Origin: Candidatus Thorarchaeota archaeon
GTDB lineage: Archaea; Asgardarchaeota; Thorarchaeia; Thorarchaeales; Thorarchaeaceae
Length of the DNA stretch: 64,000 nt
Assembly (NCBI GenBank): GCA_048884965.1
Contig: JBHLQH010000003.1
Location: 67,304-131,303 of the forward strand
Direction: 5' to 3'
Positions 39,051 through 48,846 of the stretch are shown piece by piece. How positions within the stretch are numbered: position 1 is the stretch's first letter; the number at the start of each line of letters is the position of its first letter. The position numbers and the translations under genes were made by a program. The notes under the pieces were generated by a model. It was not told where the DNA came from. It worked only from the letters and a program-made list of their open reading frames with translations, and did no database searches.

Positions 39051-39458
39051 TTAGTAGATTATTATGGTGTTCGACAGCGTTCCGTAGACACCGCTTGTCG
39101 ATTCGTCAATGAACTTATCTCCTGACTGGAATGCGATTCCAGGATACGATATGACATGCGAAGCCCATGAACCCGTATTGCTCCAAAGTTCCGTTGTTCC
39201 ACGCAGGATGAACATATTCACGACTCCATTGCATGAGAGCCACCATTGTCCATCGTTCGGCTTCATCTGCATCGTGTGTTCCAGCTTGTACCAAGTGGTA
39301 CTGATCAGCCTGATCCTTCCATAGTTATCCTCTCGATACTTGTATCTGATCGTTGCTACTGAGTGCAGCCAGTAAGTGTAGCCATCAGGGTCCGTCTCAA
39401 CGTAGTAATCGTCTGCGGAATATGAATGGTACTCGTACCACTCATAGTAGGCAGTCAT
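39051..39458 (-). CDS. Tyr/Trp-rich predicted beta-strand protein
   Basis: 135 aa, MTAYYEWYEYHSYSADDYY...; third gene of a compact operon. Confidence 0.7.
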   Translation of the reverse strand: MTAYYEWYEYHSYSADDYYVETDPDGYTYWLHSVATIRYKYREDNYGRIRLISTTWYKLEHTMQMKPNDGQWWLSCNGVVNMFILRGTTELWSNTGSWASHVISYPGIAFQSGDKFIDESTSGVYGTLSNTIIIY

Positions 39459-39482
39459 ATTTCACTCTTGTTCGTTCCTTCT

Positions 39483-39872
39483 CTAGAGTCTTCTCAGTGC
39501 GATGCTCTCTGGAGTTATCTCGATGACACATTCTATCCTCCAGTGAGGCATACCTCTCACACCGACCCATGCATGCAGGTTGACGCCATACTTCTGAATA
39601 CCTACCTTTTCGAGGGTATCCTTGATGCCATCGAGGGTGGGTCGTATTGGAGCCATGATGAGTGGTTCCCACGCGAACTTCCGTGCATCAGGAAAGAGGG
39701 ACTCGGTCTCTAAAGTGGTATACTGTAGCACATCGATACCCGCATCATGAACGGCTCGTGCAAAGATGTCGCTATCGATTACCTCTAATCCTCCACGCAC
39801 GAAACCTTTCATATCCGAGGGGGGAACGAAGATGAGCCTGTCATTCTCAGACTCATCATTACTGGTGTTCAA
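39483..39872 (-). CDS. Hypothetical protein; C-terminal half resembles the upstream small protein
   Basis: 4-nt TTGA overlap with the upstream gene; TLDGIKDTLEKVGIQKYGVNL. Confidence 0.7.
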   Translation of the reverse strand: MNTSNDESENDRLIFVPPSDMKGFVRGGLEVIDSDIFARAVHDAGIDVLQYTTLETESLFPDARKFAWEPLIMAPIRPTLDGIKDTLEKVGIQKYGVNLHAWVGVRGMPHWRIECVIEITPESIALRRL

Positions 39873-40090
39873 GCCAATTCTCCTTCAGCCCAGAACTCAG
39901 CCTTGATCCCGAGGGACAGAAGTCCAGCGTTCAAGATCAGCTCTCCTGATACCTTGAAGCCCCACTTCTTCACTCCTGTGATGTCAAAGGCTTGTTTCAT
40001 GGCCCTGAGAAGCACATCGAGTGTGACATCCTTTGCCTTATCGTCCTTGGTGCCTAGTCGAAAATCTGATGGTTTGATATCCGTTGACAA
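39869..40090 (-). CDS. 73-aa Pepco/Trypco-like small protein
   Basis: GAGGAGG RBS before TTG; helix VTLDVLLRAMKQAF followed by Gly-rich beta strands. Confidence 0.65.
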   Translation of the reverse strand: MSTDIKPSDFRLGTKDDKAKDVTLDVLLRAMKQAFDITGVKKWGFKVSGELILNAGLLSLGIKAEFWAEGELA

Positions 40091-40309
40091 TTATTCTTCC
40101 TCCTCGCCTAGAATCCCACAAAGAGGGGTGTATCTCTCTTTCACATAAATTGATTGGTCATACGTAGAGATACTTGTGAAATACCAAATAGAGGTCTATC
40201 CTAGTCGTTTTCGCTTTATGCGCATCTATTATTCATCTGATTCCCATCTAGTAGAATATACATGGATTTCTCCTTCTCCCGAAACTAACTTGCATACTCA
40301 CCCCATCCA

Positions 40310-40614
40310 CTTCCTTGCTCTTGCGAGACTGTGGTCCTATGTGGGGATGATGCACAGACTGCACATGAGAAAGTGTAGAAAAGCTGCAAAATAGGTTTCA
40401 CTTCTCACCTGAAGAAACTGAAGGCTTAAATCAAGAAGAAGCTGGATGAGTACCAACAGGTCTTGCGGGGCGGTCATGCCATATGAGCGACAAGGGAGAA
40501 GAGACCTGTACAGAAGTTCTCGTTGATGCTGGACTTGATGATTTAGATGCAATCAGAGAAGAGATTGCTATCAGGATCTTCTTTCTCACTTACTTTCTGC
40601 GGGTGATCGCCTGA
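40310..40614 (+). pseudogene. Probable decayed coding remnant
   Basis: Protein-like frames broken by stops (...AQTAHEKV*...HLKKLKA*IKKKLDEYQQVL...; EVLVDAGLDDLDAIREEIAI). Confidence 0.3.
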
Positions 40615-40763
40615 TGTCATCGGGTCCAGTGAGGTCAGGGGCCATACCACGGCGGTCCCTCCTCGCTGAGCTCACCTGTATTCTATGCAATGAGGTGTCA
40701 TTCTTGTTGTTTTGGGAATCTGAAAAGACTATCTTCATAAACTATCTGACCCTAGTTGCATCA

Positions 40764-41246
40764 ATGAGAATCAAGAGAAATACACTGCTGAAAAAGATGA
40801 AACACTTACGGAAGCGGTGGGATTCAACGATTGGATCCATTATTGAAAAAGGCCTAGAATCTGAACCCATTTCACAAAAATGGTATCTGAAAGATGTAAT
40901 CGCGCACATAACCTGGTATGATAGAGAATTGCTCAATGCTTTGGAAGCGAAATCTATCGTTGATAGCAGTTTCTGGAACATGGATGTCGAAGCACGCAAT
41001 GAAATGATTTTCAAGAACACTCAAGATCGGACGATTGAGGAACTTCTTCAGGAATCTAAGGAAATCTTCGAAGGTTTATTAAAAGCAATCGAATTGATCG
41101 GTGAAGATGATCTAAATTCAGAGGTTTATATCAAGAGGAAGGAAGGAACAAGAGTTACACATGATTTCATCGGTGGCATTACTTTCTGGCATTATGAAGA
41201 ACATGAAGATATTCTTGTTGACCTTTTTGACTTGGATTACATGTGA
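40764..41246 (+). CDS. DinB/ClbS/DfsB-like four-helix protein
   Basis: W-x-LKDVIAHITW, N-x-x-IF and HYEEH motifs. Confidence 0.85.
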   Translation: MRIKRNTLLKKMKHLRKRWDSTIGSIIEKGLESEPISQKWYLKDVIAHITWYDRELLNALEAKSIVDSSFWNMDVEARNEMIFKNTQDRTIEELLQESKEIFEGLLKAIELIGEDDLNSEVYIKRKEGTRVTHDFIGGITFWHYEEHEDILVDLFDLDYM

Positions 41247-41448
41247 TGAAAAAAGAATCAATATCAAATCAAAACACAAGAAACTAGACGGATTCTCTAT
41301 CATTTGACTTCTTTCGACTCATCATTGAAGTACGAGAACGGAAGAGTATACCCAGGTCGTGGTCTATCGTATACCAACCTATGCGTGAACTATCTTCTGC
41401 ATACGGAAGATAGCCGCCTACGCACCTGCTCATGGAAAAGCATACCTT

Positions 41449-41535
41449 TTCCTTCACCAAAGAAAGAGTAAACCCGCTTGGGAAGTTCTTGGTATTGAAA
41501 GGACGAAAACGGAAGATGTAGCAGCACCAGAATGA
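41449..41535 (+). pseudogene. Remnant of an hdrB 3' end
   Basis: Translates to FLHQRKSKPAWEVLGIERTKTEDVAAPE*, versus the hdrB copy 2 C-terminus QYQQRKSQPNWEVLGFKNEAEDIVTTK*. Confidence 0.8.
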
Positions 41536-41632
41536 TGTTTTCACCTCCAAACTTGGTCATAAAATAGCCGTATCATCTCAGATGATGCACTTTATTTGAC
41601 CAAAGTCATATAGAAGCATAGTGTGGTAGGAT

Positions 41633-42358
41633 ATGAATCATAAGAATAGTAGTGCAATTTTCATATCTGTTATTCTTTTTCTAGGTCCTGTTTTTGTTTC
41701 AGCACAGAGTACGTATGGGTTTAGCTGGGGCGTATCAATTGGTGATCAGATTCACTATAGCATTCTTATAGTTCTTGAAGGATCAGATAGTCCCACTCGA
41801 ACATTTTCTGAAGATGTAGTCCTGACTATTGAGGATCTTGCGGATCTTACAGAGTACTCAAGCTATGCAGGCTTTCCCCCACCGGCTCAAGCAAACACTA
41901 CTTATGTAAATGGAACTCAAATTGGACTGGACGATCCCATCTTTCAATATTCGTTCACTATAATCGTCTTTCCCATAGGAAATTGGACACATTATCGCTA
42001 TCTAACTGAAGGCATGGATATATCGGATGATGATTCAATGGTCTATGAATTCTCTGAAGACCTATCAAGCTGGTCCCTAGACTTTGACATATCCTATTCG
42101 AATGATTATCGAAACACGACCTATCAGTTCTCGAAAACGGATGGTGCTCTTTTATCTTTGTTATCTTACTATTACCATGAAATTGCTATCGAAAATGAAA
42201 CTCTATTTACACAAACTGATACCGTCGAGATAACACGAACCAATTTTGGAGTTCTTGGACCTATCTCTACTCTGTCAGCTATTGCCATCATAGTAGAGAT
42301 CATCATCGTTGTAGAGCTATTCCGTAGATATAAAGGACGAAATGCATTGAAAGGGTAA
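41633..42358 (+). CDS. Secreted, C-terminally anchored protein, WGVxxGD family (copy 2)
   Basis: Signal peptide; FSWGVSIGDQIHY, YVNGT, PIGNW and SKTDG motifs; TM + RR. Confidence 0.75.
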   Translation: MNHKNSSAIFISVILFLGPVFVSAQSTYGFSWGVSIGDQIHYSILIVLEGSDSPTRTFSEDVVLTIEDLADLTEYSSYAGFPPPAQANTTYVNGTQIGLDDPIFQYSFTIIVFPIGNWTHYRYLTEGMDISDDDSMVYEFSEDLSSWSLDFDISYSNDYRNTTYQFSKTDGALLSLLSYYYHEIAIENETLFTQTDTVEITRTNFGVLGPISTLSAIAIIVEIIIVVELFRRYKGRNALKG

Positions 42359-42392
42359 CTCCCCCCTCCTCCCTTTCTTATTGCGCGAGTAT

Positions 42393-42677
42393 CTAATCCG
42401 TCCCATACGCACTATGACGACGTCTTTGCTTCAAACCTTGGCAGCCGTATAGGATCTGTACCTTTTGGTCATCAGGTCGTTCCATTGATCTATGAAGCAA
42501 CTCGTCAGGGTCTATTTCCTCAGAGCGACCTTCAGATGCTAGTATTTGCTTCTCGAACGCATCTACATAGACGCTATATCCCTTGGAATACGCATCAAGC
42601 GCACCTGTTCCGTAGGCAAGAACTAGAAATAGAAACATCACAGCACTGAAGAGAACAATAGTGAACGCATCGCTCAT
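42393..42677 (-). CDS. Small membrane-anchored hypothetical protein
   Basis: GAGGTG RBS before MSDAFTIVLF; one TM. Confidence 0.6.
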   Translation of the reverse strand: MSDAFTIVLFSAVMFLFLVLAYGTGALDAYSKGYSVYVDAFEKQILASEGRSEEIDPDELLHRSMERPDDQKVQILYGCQGLKQRRRHSAYGTD

Positions 42678-42778
42678 TTTTCTTTTCACCTCATCTTTTG
42701 ACCTTCTCTGAGGACATATTCGTTTCAATGCATATAGGTCATTGTCATATGCTTCATATGCTACGGAATGAAACCTCA

Positions 42779-43357
42779 CTAGAACGAGCGAGTGACCTTA
42801 AGCAATTTGGCAGACATCGGATTCAGCCTTAGGAGCTCATCAGCATACTCCTTGCTACGAATCTCAAGTACCATCATACCGAATCCTTCAGTGCTATCTA
42901 GAACCTTAACAGATTTCTCCAGTCCTGTTGGACCGCTCCCAATCCATGTAATCACAAGCCCGATGACTGAAAGACCGAAAAGAACTAGAATCATAAGATC
43001 TGGACCTCCGACCAACATAGAGCCCAGTATCGACACGCTCAGGAATATTGTCAGGATGATTAGAAGTCCATTACAGACACCACAAGGAGCTCTCAATCTT
43101 GCTGTTTCTTCAAACGATATCGCATGCCTCTCGCACGCCGGAATGGTGAATCGATTGACTGCGCCAAGTCGTGCCCTCACTTGTGAGGAGCCAAAATAGC
43201 CACTCCTTCCCCTAGACATGAAGTGACCACTACCCGCGAATGAAGAGTGACGTGTGGCTTCTTGAGATATTCCTCTATCCATTGCAGACATAGCTGGAAC
43301 AGTGCCCTCATCTGTTGCTGGATCCCCACACACAGGGCATCTCATCGGTAGACTCAC
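42779..43357 (-). CDS. Zn-finger membrane protein
   Basis: CPVC...CERH, 2 TM, EYADELLRLN. Confidence 0.7.
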   Translation of the reverse strand: MSLPMRCPVCGDPATDEGTVPAMSAMDRGISQEATRHSSFAGSGHFMSRGRSGYFGSSQVRARLGAVNRFTIPACERHAISFEETARLRAPCGVCNGLLIILTIFLSVSILGSMLVGGPDLMILVLFGLSVIGLVITWIGSGPTGLEKSVKVLDSTEGFGMMVLEIRSKEYADELLRLNPMSAKLLKVTRSF

Positions 43358-43491
43358 CTTGTTGCTAGTGATTTGAATTACATACTCCTCGTTCAGCTTA
43401 ATCCATCTCCATAATCCTACGATTTCACGTAATCATACTGCTTCTTGATTTGAAAGGTTTTACTCTTTTCCTTGATTATTCACACTGCTAT

Positions 43492-44766
43492 CTATAGAAA
43501 GAAGAGGCTGAGTAGTGCGCAGTAGACTGTTGATATGATAAGATGGACTATCCCCAATGGGATGACTGCGCGATTGAACTCGGACCAGCTGAGTGGCTTC
43601 AAGTGTTTCTCTGCTGTTCGTACGACCACTACATTTGGGGCATCTCCAAAAGGAACCACATATCCACCTGCATTGGTGCCTATTGTTAGAGATAAGGGGA
43701 TTATTGGGTTTGTGGAATCCAGATTTCCTGCTATGGGTGCGAGGAGAACACCAACAGCTTTCGCGTCGACAGGTGCCATGAGAGCACCCGGTATCCAAAG
43801 CATTAGGATTATTGCAACGATTGTATTATCTCCAATCAACCATTGAAAGCCTAAAGTCAGGTCATCTATGACTCCCGCTAGAACCATTGCTTGAACGACT
43901 CCTATCAATCCCAAAAGGAAGAAGACTGTGTCCCATGATAGGTGTTGTAGCAATTTCTTTGCCTGTTCCCCTGAGAGGATAAGTAACATAGTTGCTATAA
44001 CCAAAGCAATAATCGCTCCTTGGTCCGGAAGGAGAACAAGACCTATCACAAGCGCTCCCAATGAGATAATTGAAACAAAGAAGTCCCTATGCGATTTCAT
44101 CATCGTTCGCGGATCTATTGAGAATAGATCTGTAAGCTCACGTTCCTCCGATCCTTGAAGTTCATTCTTATAGTACCTGAGCATGTACCAGATAGTTATA
44201 CCGAATAAAATGACTGTCAGAGGCATCAGACCGAGAATCATCAGTCCACTGTTGATGTCTGCGATATAGACAATTACGAGGTTAGTCACTGAGCCAATTG
44301 GCGAGGGGAAGGATGCGACATTAGCAACAACTACTTCTGATACCAAAAACGGTCTGAAGTCCGCGTCAATCGCATTACAGACCTCTACTGTTACGGGACT
44401 AACGATCAGCATGGTTGGTAATGGGTCGAAGAAGAGTGAGAGTACAAACACTACTATCAAGAGATAGAGATAGGTTTGGCGTAGTTGTCCGCCAGTTCTA
44501 TGAGCAAGAACCACCGCCGTATACTGGAACAGACCTGAAGCACCGACAACTGAAACGATGATCATCATTGCTGCAATGAACAGGATGATGTCCCATCCCA
44601 TCGTGGATAGGAGGCTGCTAAAAGAAATTCCATTAGATGTAAAGAGTATGAAGGCAGATATCGCTAATGCAAGTAGGGCTGTTGCCGTGTCGTTGACACG
44701 CTCACTCATTATTGCTAAGAGAGCGGCAATGAAGATGACCAGTATCAAGATTCCAGCTGCATCCAT
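43492..44766 (-). CDS. ArsB/NhaD (SLC13/IT superfamily) transporter
   Basis: WD-x-ILFIAAMM, PIGSVTNL and PFGDAPN motifs; ~12 TM. Confidence 0.85.
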   Translation of the reverse strand: MDAAGILILVIFIAALLAIMSERVNDTATALLALAISAFILFTSNGISFSSLLSTMGWDIILFIAAMMIIVSVVGASGLFQYTAVVLAHRTGGQLRQTYLYLLIVVFVLSLFFDPLPTMLIVSPVTVEVCNAIDADFRPFLVSEVVVANVASFPSPIGSVTNLVIVYIADINSGLMILGLMPLTVILFGITIWYMLRYYKNELQGSEERELTDLFSIDPRTMMKSHRDFFVSIISLGALVIGLVLLPDQGAIIALVIATMLLILSGEQAKKLLQHLSWDTVFFLLGLIGVVQAMVLAGVIDDLTLGFQWLIGDNTIVAIILMLWIPGALMAPVDAKAVGVLLAPIAGNLDSTNPIIPLSLTIGTNAGGYVVPFGDAPNVVVVRTAEKHLKPLSWSEFNRAVIPLGIVHLIISTVYCALLSLFFL

Positions 44767-44836
44767 ATGAGTCGAGGATTATTGTGACAACACTTGCTCA
44801 TAAGCTACATCATCGATTCAAATTCCTTGAATCCCA

Positions 44837-46162
44837 TCAGCGCCTTCTATAATAGATGAGAGCTAGAATCACGAATAGAACTCCTGTTCCTCCTCCTACG
44901 ACCAGCAATTCAATGGAGGCGTTTGAGATTGTAGGAGCTGTACCACTCCCATTGGTTGTTGATGTTGATGATTCAGCAGTTGTCATTTCCGTACTATCTG
45001 GTTCAATTACCATCTCGTCGACCGGAGCCCTTTGATCGGGATTATTCCTAGAAGTTACAGGATACTGATCTCTATTCTGAGCATTACCACCTATCTCAAA
45101 TGCTGAATCAAACACGCCATCATGATTTTCATCAATTGCCAAGAACCCGTCCCAATAGTTCATTTCGAAGACATTAAGCAGTCCATGGTCAACAGCATAT
45201 GGCTTCTCTGACTCTCCGAGGAAGTCATTGTATCGGACTATACACTTTGCTGATTGCATGATGAAAATCGATTCAAGTGTACAGTTTATCATCGAGTTAT
45301 GAAGCACTGTTGTTCTATTAGCTGCAGGTGCAAGATAGATGCCTCTGTACTCTGGCTCAACAATGATATTGTCCGATATGAGGTTGTCAGCCTCAAAGAC
45401 TCGAATGCCATCTCCAGAGGTCTTGTATATGAGATTCTGCCGCACTTCATTCTCAGTTGTTTCTAGGTCCACACCAGAAATTCTGGTTCGTTCAATCGTA
45501 TTATTGATGACATAGTTCCTGTTGGAACCAGAGCGGAAAGCGACTCCCCAATCGCTATCAATAATCAGGTTATTCGATACAACATTCTGAGTGGATCCTG
45601 TCCATCCCATCACTCCAGTTTCTTTGTTGTCATAGCAGTAATTATCAGTGATGATATTGCCTGTGCTTCCGCTATCCATGAAGACAGCATCAAAACCAGA
45701 ATCGTAGATAGTATTCCTTGTAACCAAGGAATCGTTAGCCGCGAGAAGATGCACTCCAATTGCACCTCCGAAGATAGTGTTATTGCAAATTATCACATTC
45801 TTGGTGAGTGATATCACTAAGGCGCACCATGTATGATGCATTCCTTCAACCCAGTTATTGGTGAAATTCACGTAGAGGTCGGTGTGACTTATGGTGAACA
45901 TGTGCATATCACTATGGAATCGATATCCTTGGATGACTATTGGATCCTCTTTCGTTCCCGTTCCAGGCCAATCATTCTCAGCAGCTTTCTGCAATAATTC
46001 ATCATTACCAGAGATATGCATTGGTGGCTCGATATCTTCTTGATTTAGTTCTACAGACACCTCTTTGACAGGCTCTGCTTCAACTGATATTGAAAACCCT
46101 GTGACTAACAGGAGCATGAAACTAAGAACGGCATAGGACTTCATTGTAAATTGCAAACCCAA
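44837..46162 (-). CDS. NosD/CASH right-handed beta-helix cell-surface protein
   Basis: WPGTGTKEDP, parallel beta-helix repeats, NYW...DENHDG...D-x-YP, TM + RRR. Confidence 0.88.
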   Translation of the reverse strand: MGLQFTMKSYAVLSFMLLLVTGFSISVEAEPVKEVSVELNQEDIEPPMHISGNDELLQKAAENDWPGTGTKEDPIVIQGYRFHSDMHMFTISHTDLYVNFTNNWVEGMHHTWCALVISLTKNVIICNNTIFGGAIGVHLLAANDSLVTRNTIYDSGFDAVFMDSGSTGNIITDNYCYDNKETGVMGWTGSTQNVVSNNLIIDSDWGVAFRSGSNRNYVINNTIERTRISGVDLETTENEVRQNLIYKTSGDGIRVFEADNLISDNIIVEPEYRGIYLAPAANRTTVLHNSMINCTLESIFIMQSAKCIVRYNDFLGESEKPYAVDHGLLNVFEMNYWDGFLAIDENHDGVFDSAFEIGGNAQNRDQYPVTSRNNPDQRAPVDEMVIEPDSTEMTTAESSTSTTNGSGTAPTISNASIELLVVGGGTGVLFVILALIYYRRR

Positions 46163-46248
46163 TCCACCGAAATATCGTAGCTCCTCACCCTATATTAGGA
46201 AAGCAATCTCAGCAAAGGCATCATATGATTCATGTAATTCACGAGGTC

Positions 46249-47259
46249 CTATTCCTCCACTAGATGAACAACGTTTTCTCTCCCTTCTCTGAACCTTTTG
46301 ATCATACCTCGTTGTTCAAGTCCTGTGAGAATCATGCTTGCTAGGGACTGTGACATGTCAAGTTCTCGGTAGATGTCCCTCTGGAGGCTCGAACCCCCTT
46401 TCTTACTGAGAAATCTCAGGATCTCATTCTCATGATCCGTCACTCCCGTTTCTGCAATAATCCTTGGAGCTCTAAGTGCCTTTATCACATTCGGAGCACG
46501 TTCGATGACAATTACCGCGAATGCACCTCCTAGAACAGCTACAAGCATCAGAAGGATGTCGGTCATTTCTGTATCGATGGCAGCAAGAGATGTCATTGGT
46601 ATCCCATACTTTACGATGTATACTCGTTCTTGGCCTGGTAAGATTTGCTCAGCTTCCCAGACGAATACCAGACTCAGACCATCCGTGTGATTACTTGTAG
46701 GAATAGGATACAAAGGAGGGCTTTCCGTATCTAAGACTGCATGCTGCGGCAAAGTCGCGGTGAATCTGAAATTCTGAAACTCATTGAATGGCCTTACATA
46801 GTATATCATGTTCTCCAAGCAAAGGCCTCTTTCCTCACAAAGCCCCACCTGTTCCTGTAGGGACTCACTCACTATTATCATCGATATGTGAACTGAGGAT
46901 GCTACTTCGATCTGTGTAGAAGGCGCGATTACTACTCGGGTGTATCTATCTTCCTCGACGCTTTCTACAGAAGTGTCCATTCCATCAACAAGCGCTTCGA
47001 CTATGACTATACTTCGTAACTCAATACGTACGTTAAGGCTTGATACTCCTGTAGACCCTCTATTGGTCACTTTCGCAGAGAATTGAACATAACTAGTTCC
47101 ATTGCTATGTAGCTTTACGTCTATTTCGACATCACTCATCAAGATGTCACTTACTTGGGCTTCAACTGGGTTGGGTGATAGTAGCAACATCCCTGACATC
47201 AGCAGCAACATAAGCAGGCGTGTCTTTCTAGTCCCAGTTGAGAACATGGTGGTCAACAT
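46249..47259 (-). CDS. Membrane-anchored regulator: extracellular domain, TM, cytoplasmic MarR-like wHTH
   Basis: C-terminal E-x-EIL-x-FL...GG-x-x-LQRDI...S...LEQRGMI-x-R-x-x-x-GREN. Confidence 0.85.
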   Translation of the reverse strand: MLTTMFSTGTRKTRLLMLLLMSGMLLLSPNPVEAQVSDILMSDVEIDVKLHSNGTSYVQFSAKVTNRGSTGVSSLNVRIELRSIVIVEALVDGMDTSVESVEEDRYTRVVIAPSTQIEVASSVHISMIIVSESLQEQVGLCEERGLCLENMIYYVRPFNEFQNFRFTATLPQHAVLDTESPPLYPIPTSNHTDGLSLVFVWEAEQILPGQERVYIVKYGIPMTSLAAIDTEMTDILLMLVAVLGGAFAVIVIERAPNVIKALRAPRIIAETGVTDHENEILRFLSKKGGSSLQRDIYRELDMSQSLASMILTGLEQRGMIKRFREGRENVVHLVEE

Positions 47260-47295
47260 CCTATGTCTTTTCTAATATACTCTTCACAATAGCCC

Positions 47296-47315
47296 AAGAG
47301 ATGCTAACATCTCTT
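47296..47315 (-). terminator. Hairpin downstream of the acidic surface-protein gene
   Basis: AAGAGATG-ctaa-CATCTCTT. Confidence 0.5.
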
Positions 47316-47322
47316 TGGCATC

Positions 47323-48651
47323 TCATCTCTTTTTGATGGCGATGCCAATAAGGGCTATTGCAAAGATGCCTATGATTACACTCATAGTGATTTCTATGGG
47401 GACCTCAAGGCTGCCAGGTAGGATTGGTACTGGTGAAGAAGTTTCGATAAGCTTCAATGAGGGATCATGAAGAACGCTTCCCCCATCGAAATTCGGGTAC
47501 GCAAAGAACAGCAGAAGTGCTGAGCCATCCGCCCAATAGGAGGCCTCGACATCTACTGCCTCGGAAGTTCCATTGGGTAGGGTTTGTACTGCTTTATCTA
47601 ACCACCGATAGAACCCACGGGTGGTGTTTGTAGATGCCTCGAGTAAGGATAGACCTTGCACATCATTTTCATTTCCATCATCATTATCATCGATATCATT
47701 GAATTTCTCTCCGAGATCATCATTAATTTCCCATTCATCCTCTGATTCTATCTCATGGTCTTGGTCATCTTCGTTGAGTTCAAAGATGTGATTCTTACCC
47801 TCAGAAGCTAGGTCTTCCTGAAGGTAGTTCAAGACTGCTACCTTTGATGTGTCCGAGAGATATGGAAAATTACCAATCTCGATATCGATCTTAAGTTCAA
47901 CTCCCGCCGCGACAGTGTATTCAGCTTTTACACCTTCATCATCATTCACAGTTCCATTGTAATCATCCATATAGATATGGGCATAGAACTGCATGGTCAT
48001 GGATTCGAACTGCTCGAGATTGAGGGTTTCATAGTCGTCCTCTTCATCCTCTGTGCTGTTGTCGTCATCATCTGCTAGGTTAAGCGTATCCTCGCCATCT
48101 TCTCCGCTATATCCTGGCATCCAATTTTCGAACCAGTCATCGTTCCAATCCTCTCCTGTCAATCCGCCCTTGACATAGGATGCATAGACCTCTGAGTTGT
48201 GACCTGCTGTATCAATTACTGAACCAGTAATCAGGTTCCAATCAAACGCCTCAAGAGGAGCGAATTGTAATGTTTCATTGATTTGATAAACACCATCGCC
48301 ATTATAGTCCTCGAATTCGATAACCATTGGATAGCTCACACTGAACCTTGCTAGACTCCCGTTCTCATCAGGTGTATACCAGTATTGATATGCAGGTATC
48401 TTGGGATCCAACATTACAGTCATTATCTCAGTTTGAATCCATACAGTGCCGTCATCATCCCGTTCATATTCTGGCTCATCCTCTTCATCATGATCATCAT
48501 CTGTGATTTGCTCATCCTCGTTATCATCATCTGTTGTTTGTGCATTCACAGGGAAAGATGTCGATATCACTAGAAAGAGCATCAATACAAGTAGTGCCTT
48601 ACTTATCAGTGCGTGCTTCATTATTGGTTCACACCCACACGTTTCTTTCAA
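47323..48651 (-). CDS. Highly acidic secreted, TM-anchored protein
   Basis: Signal peptide, D/E-rich tracts, EFEDYNGDG, YPNF...HDP, TM + KKR. Confidence 0.8.
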   Translation of the reverse strand: MKETCGCEPIMKHALISKALLVLMLFLVISTSFPVNAQTTDDDNEDEQITDDDHDEEDEPEYERDDDGTVWIQTEIMTVMLDPKIPAYQYWYTPDENGSLARFSVSYPMVIEFEDYNGDGVYQINETLQFAPLEAFDWNLITGSVIDTAGHNSEVYASYVKGGLTGEDWNDDWFENWMPGYSGEDGEDTLNLADDDDNSTEDEEDDYETLNLEQFESMTMQFYAHIYMDDYNGTVNDDEGVKAEYTVAAGVELKIDIEIGNFPYLSDTSKVAVLNYLQEDLASEGKNHIFELNEDDQDHEIESEDEWEINDDLGEKFNDIDDNDDGNENDVQGLSLLEASTNTTRGFYRWLDKAVQTLPNGTSEAVDVEASYWADGSALLLFFAYPNFDGGSVLHDPSLKLIETSSPVPILPGSLEVPIEITMSVIIGIFAIALIGIAIKKR

Positions 48652-48846
48652 TATATATAACGAACGTTAAGCAGAATCAAAAATGCACTGAAATCAGAGG
48701 TTCCATATTGTCGCTATTATTGCTATCTCGACTATGAAAATTCAAAATCCTTCAAAAAGAGCTATGCAATACTATTGCGTTACAGTGATGGGATACATTA
48801 TATTCCTTCAGTCATCCAGAATCCTTGAGTTTTCGGTGGTAATTCG

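Larger units (their letters stand above)
37328..41457. mobile_element. Putative accessory island inserted at the hdrB 3' end (no integrase seen)
   Basis: Flanked by homologous 35-bp segments at 37253-37287 and 41458-41492 (29/35 identical); contains a GC-richer PAS gene, orphan genes and decayed sequence. Confidence 0.5.

Noticed and set aside
40595-40685. tRNA/5S/SRP RNA in the GC-rich patch
   Set aside because: No cloverleaf, T-loop, or 5S/SRP signature recognisable on either strand
37328-41457. Provirus or IS element
   Set aside because: No integrase, transposase, capsid gene or terminal inverted repeats recognised; kept only as an accessory island
48657-48670. TAAC-gaac-GTTAA as another member of the redox palindrome set
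   Set aside because: The spacer is 4 nt rather than 3, it abuts the TATA box, and the gene is not redox-related
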